A DNA stretch of 64,000 nucleotides from an uncultured Verrucomicrobiae bacterium. GTDB taxonomy: Bacteria; Verrucomicrobiota; Verrucomicrobiia; Chthoniobacterales; UBA10450. The translations under genes were made by a program, and so were the position numbers. Numbering within the stretch: the stretch's first letter is position 1; each line of letters begins with the position of its first letter. The stretch covers positions 480,001 to 544,000 of the forward strand of contig CAVTMK010000002.1 of NCBI GenBank assembly GCA_963735805.1. Direction: 5' to 3'. This document shows, in pieces, positions 61,532-64,000 of the stretch. The notes below the pieces were generated by a model. That model saw only the letters and a program-made list of their open reading frames with translations. It was not told where the DNA came from and made no database searches.

Positions 61532-61610
61532 GTCATTTCTGATCCCGCAGTCGCGGGAGAAGAATCTCAGTGCTCCCTGACCACCCGAAAATAATCAGAG
61601 ATTGATTCCG
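61532..61610. repeat. Degenerate GTCAT-family palindromic element (copy 3)
   Basis: GTCATTTCTGA-TCCCGCAGTCGCGGGA-GAAGAATCTC ... GAGATT. Left arm resembles copies 1 and 2; right arm is eroded. Confidence 0.45.
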
Positions 61611-61703
61611 AGTTTTTGTGATCGCGGCGTTCCTGCGCAACCGGCTGTCATGAATGCATTACCGATTTAGTCTGGCGTTGTCGAAGGTTTTAGTCGGGAG
61701 TTA

Positions 61704-61813
61704 GGTGGATCGACTTCTCCGAAGGCGATGGCAAGTGGATCGCCGAAGGCGCAAGTAATTGGCGTCAAGCTGCATTCAATTTTGCCAACGCGTTGAGGAC
61801 AACGCGGTCTACC
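61704..61813. repeat. GTGG/GTAG-type REP doublet
   Basis: Left arm GGTGGATCGACTTCTCCGAAGGCGATG. Reverse complement of the right arm, GGTAGACCGCGTTGTCCTCAACGCGTT, closely matches 63502 GGTGGAACGCGTTGTTCCCAACGCGTT. Confidence 0.75.
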
Positions 61814-61888
61814 CAGGCAAACCAATGCGTCGAGGAATCGCCCTGGCTGCGCGAATTGAAATACATCAAAATACTGTTCGTCGGCTAT

Positions 61889-61916
61889 GGAAACTAAATA
61901 TACTGGATTAGTTTCC
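61889..61916. promoter_or_regulatory. Putative TetR operator
   Basis: Perfect inverted repeat GGAAACTAA-N10-TTAGTTTCC, 24 bp upstream of the TetR-family ATG. Confidence 0.7.
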
Positions 61917-61940
61917 GCATAGTGGTAGGGATATAACGTT

Positions 61941-62567
61941 ATGAAACGGGCACACAACCCGCAGCCGCGAAACCGAAAGCGCGATCCGAACCGCCAGCGA
62001 ATCGTAGACGCCGCACGGGTCCACTTTTTCAGTAACGGGTTCCGCAGTGTGACCATGGATGATCTGGCGGAGGAACTTGGCGTTAGTAAGAAAACGCTCT
62101 ACGCGCATTTTCCGGGTAAGTTCGATCTGCTTGAGGCTGTGCTGGCCGATAAATTAACGGGTGTCGAAGCGACACTGAAGGAAGTTACCCGTGCACACCC
62201 GCACGATTTCCCGGCGACCTTGCGCGAGTTGTTGGCTGGCACGCAACGCGAATTGAATGAGATCAAGCCGCCGTTCGTGCGCGATATGCGACAGAAAGCG
62301 CCGGACGTCTTTAAACTCGTTGAGCGCCGCAGAGCCGCGCTAATTCAGCGCTACATGGGAAAATTTTTTGTCGATGGGCAACGGCTGGGAATGGTGCGCA
62401 AGGATGTCCCGGCCAAACTGATCATCGAAATTTTGTTGGCGATGGTTCAATCGATCATGAATCCGTCGAAGATTGAGGAGCTCGGGATGATGCCGAAGGA
62501 AGGGTACACCGGGATTCTAAAGATTGTTCTCGAAGGCGCGCTGACAGCAAAAGGACGGAAAGCGTGA
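61941..62567 (+). CDS. TetR/AcrR family transcriptional regulator
   Basis: RIVDAARVHF...GFRSVTMDDLAEELGVSKKTLYAHFPGK. Confidence 0.95.
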   Translation: MKRAHNPQPRNRKRDPNRQRIVDAARVHFFSNGFRSVTMDDLAEELGVSKKTLYAHFPGKFDLLEAVLADKLTGVEATLKEVTRAHPHDFPATLRELLAGTQRELNEIKPPFVRDMRQKAPDVFKLVERRRAALIQRYMGKFFVDGQRLGMVRKDVPAKLIIEILLAMVQSIMNPSKIEELGMMPKEGYTGILKIVLEGALTAKGRKA

Positions 62568-63466
62568 ACACATCATTCGTTCGGGAAAATCGATCCACTC
62601 GCCGAAAGAATCGGGGACTGTCAGATTTGATGCGCGCGACGGGAGCTTTGACGTTACTTCTATTTCTCGCCGGTTGCGGCGGTGGTAGCAAGGCGGTTTC
62701 GGGAACCATCGAAGTGGACGAAGCGCACGTAGGCCCGCGCGCAGGCGGACGCGTCGAAAAAATTCTCCACTGGGAAGGCGATCATTTACACGAAGGAGAA
62801 CTGATCCTCCAGCTGGATGCTTCGGAGTTGCGAGCGCGTCGCGATCTTGCAGTCGCGCAAATCGACACTTCAATTCACGACGCGGACGCGCAGCAAGCAC
62901 AATTGGTATTCCTCCAGGATGAAGCGCGCCGCCAGCAGGGTTTACTTCAGCGGAAAGTCGTTTCTTCAAGTGACGCTGAGCGGGCAGACAGCTCGGCGAA
63001 AACGCAGGACAAGAATGTCGCTGCGGCACAAATGCGTGTCGCGATGTCGCGCGCACAACTTGCCGATATCGATGCACAGTTAGCGGAAATGCAGGTCGTT
63101 GCGCCGGCCGATTCCATTCTTGAAGTGCTCAGCGTAAAGGTCGGCGATGTCCTGCCGGCGAATCGGGAAGCCGCCACGTTGATCCTGACCGGGCATCTTT
63201 GGGTGCGCGTTTATGTTCCGGAGTCCTGGCTGGGTTTGATCAAACTGGGCGAGCACGTTCGCGTTCGTGTCGATTCGTTTCCGGGCAAAGATTTCGATGG
63301 CGTGGTGGAGCAGATAAATCGGCAAGCCGAGTTTACCCCGCGCAACGTTCAAACCGTCGCGGACCGGATCAGACAGGTGTTTGGGGTCAAGATTCGTTTG
63401 CCCAGCAATGACGATCGTCTGCGCGCCGGAATGGCCGCCGATGTCTATTTTCCAAACGTGAAGTGA
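62564..63466 (+). CDS. HlyD-family efflux periplasmic adaptor (YbhG-like), lipoprotein; alternative start ATG 62630
   Basis: Lipobox LAGC, SGTIEVDE, WVRVYVPE, AEFTPRNVQT, LRAGM. Confidence 0.92.
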   Translation: MNTSFVRENRSTRRKNRGLSDLMRATGALTLLLFLAGCGGGSKAVSGTIEVDEAHVGPRAGGRVEKILHWEGDHLHEGELILQLDASELRARRDLAVAQIDTSIHDADAQQAQLVFLQDEARRQQGLLQRKVVSSSDAERADSSAKTQDKNVAAAQMRVAMSRAQLADIDAQLAEMQVVAPADSILEVLSVKVGDVLPANREAATLILTGHLWVRVYVPESWLGLIKLGEHVRVRVDSFPGKDFDGVVEQINRQAEFTPRNVQTVADRIRQVFGVKIRLPSNDDRLRAGMAADVYFPNVK

Positions 63467-63499
63467 GCAATCGAAGAAAACGAATGAGGAGTGCAGGAA

Positions 63500-63573
63500 A
63501 AGGTGGAACGCGTTGTTCCCAACGCGTTGTCATGGGCCCGACGCATCGGCTTGGGGACAAGCCGATCCACCTT
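63500..63573. repeat. GTGG-type REP doublet inside the efflux operon
   Basis: Terminal inverted repeats AAGGTGGA...TCCACCTT. Internal hairpins AACGCGTTG/CAACGCGTT and ATCGGCTTG/CAAGCCGAT. Confidence 0.8.
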
Positions 63574-63593
63574 CCTGCCTGATTTCAGTCCCT

Positions 63594-64000
63594 ATGTCAG
63601 AACCGATGATCGAAGTGGACAGACTAACGAAACGCTTCGGCACATTTATGGCGGTCGATCACGTTTCGTTTTCTGTCGGAAAAGGGTCAATCTTTGGTTT
63701 TCTTGGCCCGAACGGTTCTGGAAAAACAACCATGATCCGGATGTTGTGCGGAATTTTGGAGCCGACAGACGGAACTGCTCGCATCGGTGGCCACGACGTT
63801 GTGCGAGATATCGAACCGATCAAAGAAATGATCGGCTACATGTCGCAGAAATTCTCGCTCTACGACGAGTTGACGGTGAATGAGAACCTCATTTTTGCAG
63901 GAAAACTTTACGGCTTAAGCGGTCACGAATTAAACCAGCGTCGCGACGAAATGATCGCAACGACGCACCTGGAACCGTACATCAACAGGCGCGCGTCGAA
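63594..64000 (+). CDS. ABC transporter ATP-binding protein (YbhF-like), truncated by the window end
   Basis: MSEPMIEVDRLTKRFG...AVDHVSF...GFLGPNGSGKTTMIRMLCG...IGYMSQKFSLY. Absent from the ORF track because no stop falls inside the window. Confidence 0.93.
   Translation, partial: MSEPMIEVDRLTKRFGTFMAVDHVSFSVGKGSIFGFLGPNGSGKTTMIRMLCGILEPTDGTARIGGHDVVRDIEPIKEMIGYMSQKFSLYDELTVNENLIFAGKLYGLSGHELNQRRDEMIATTHLEPYINRRAS

Noticed and set aside
63491..63883. 130-aa ORF after HlyD
   Set aside because: It translates a REP element and then runs out of frame over the real ABC ATPase starting at 63594.

Overview
Bacterial chromosomal segment with a GC-rich core. Gene content and repeat style suggest a soil Verrucomicrobiota (Chthoniobacterales / Ca. 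Udaeobacter-like) genome; this is inference, not a search result. Layout: (1) 1-3440, a decaying accessory patch at the 3' end of tRNA-Ser(CGA), with a UDG-superfamily gene, small hypothetical genes, two probable pseudogenes, an FHA protein and a hairpin-rich non-coding tract that has some group II intron-like words; (2) housekeeping genes: homocysteine S-methyltransferase, class II ribonucleotide reductase nrdJ, acyl-CoA dehydrogenase, a TPR protein and uvrA; (3) a ~17 kb surface-glycosylation island (15948-33191) with two polyprenol-P GT2s, five large polytopic GT-C-like membrane proteins, four SAM methyltransferases, a GSCFA protein and pseudogene debris; (4) a phosphate locus, phoBR-pstSCAB-phoU-ppk1-ROK kinase-sixA, with a Pho box; (5) DoxX, a dicarboxylate symporter, a C-N hydrolase, cyclophilin, carB, sufE and mdh; (6) a small block of methyltransferase, TylF fusion and frameshifted sulfatase; (7) purC, an rlmI-like gene, two membrane-anchored hypotheticals, gatCA and a TetR-HlyD-ABC efflux operon cut by the window edge. 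Several families of short interspersed palindromic repeats occur. One appears to have been absorbed in-frame into uvrA and another overlaps the probable start codon of the C-N hydrolase. No CRISPR array, rRNA, integrase or transposase was seen. All product calls come from motif recognition by eye; no database search was run.
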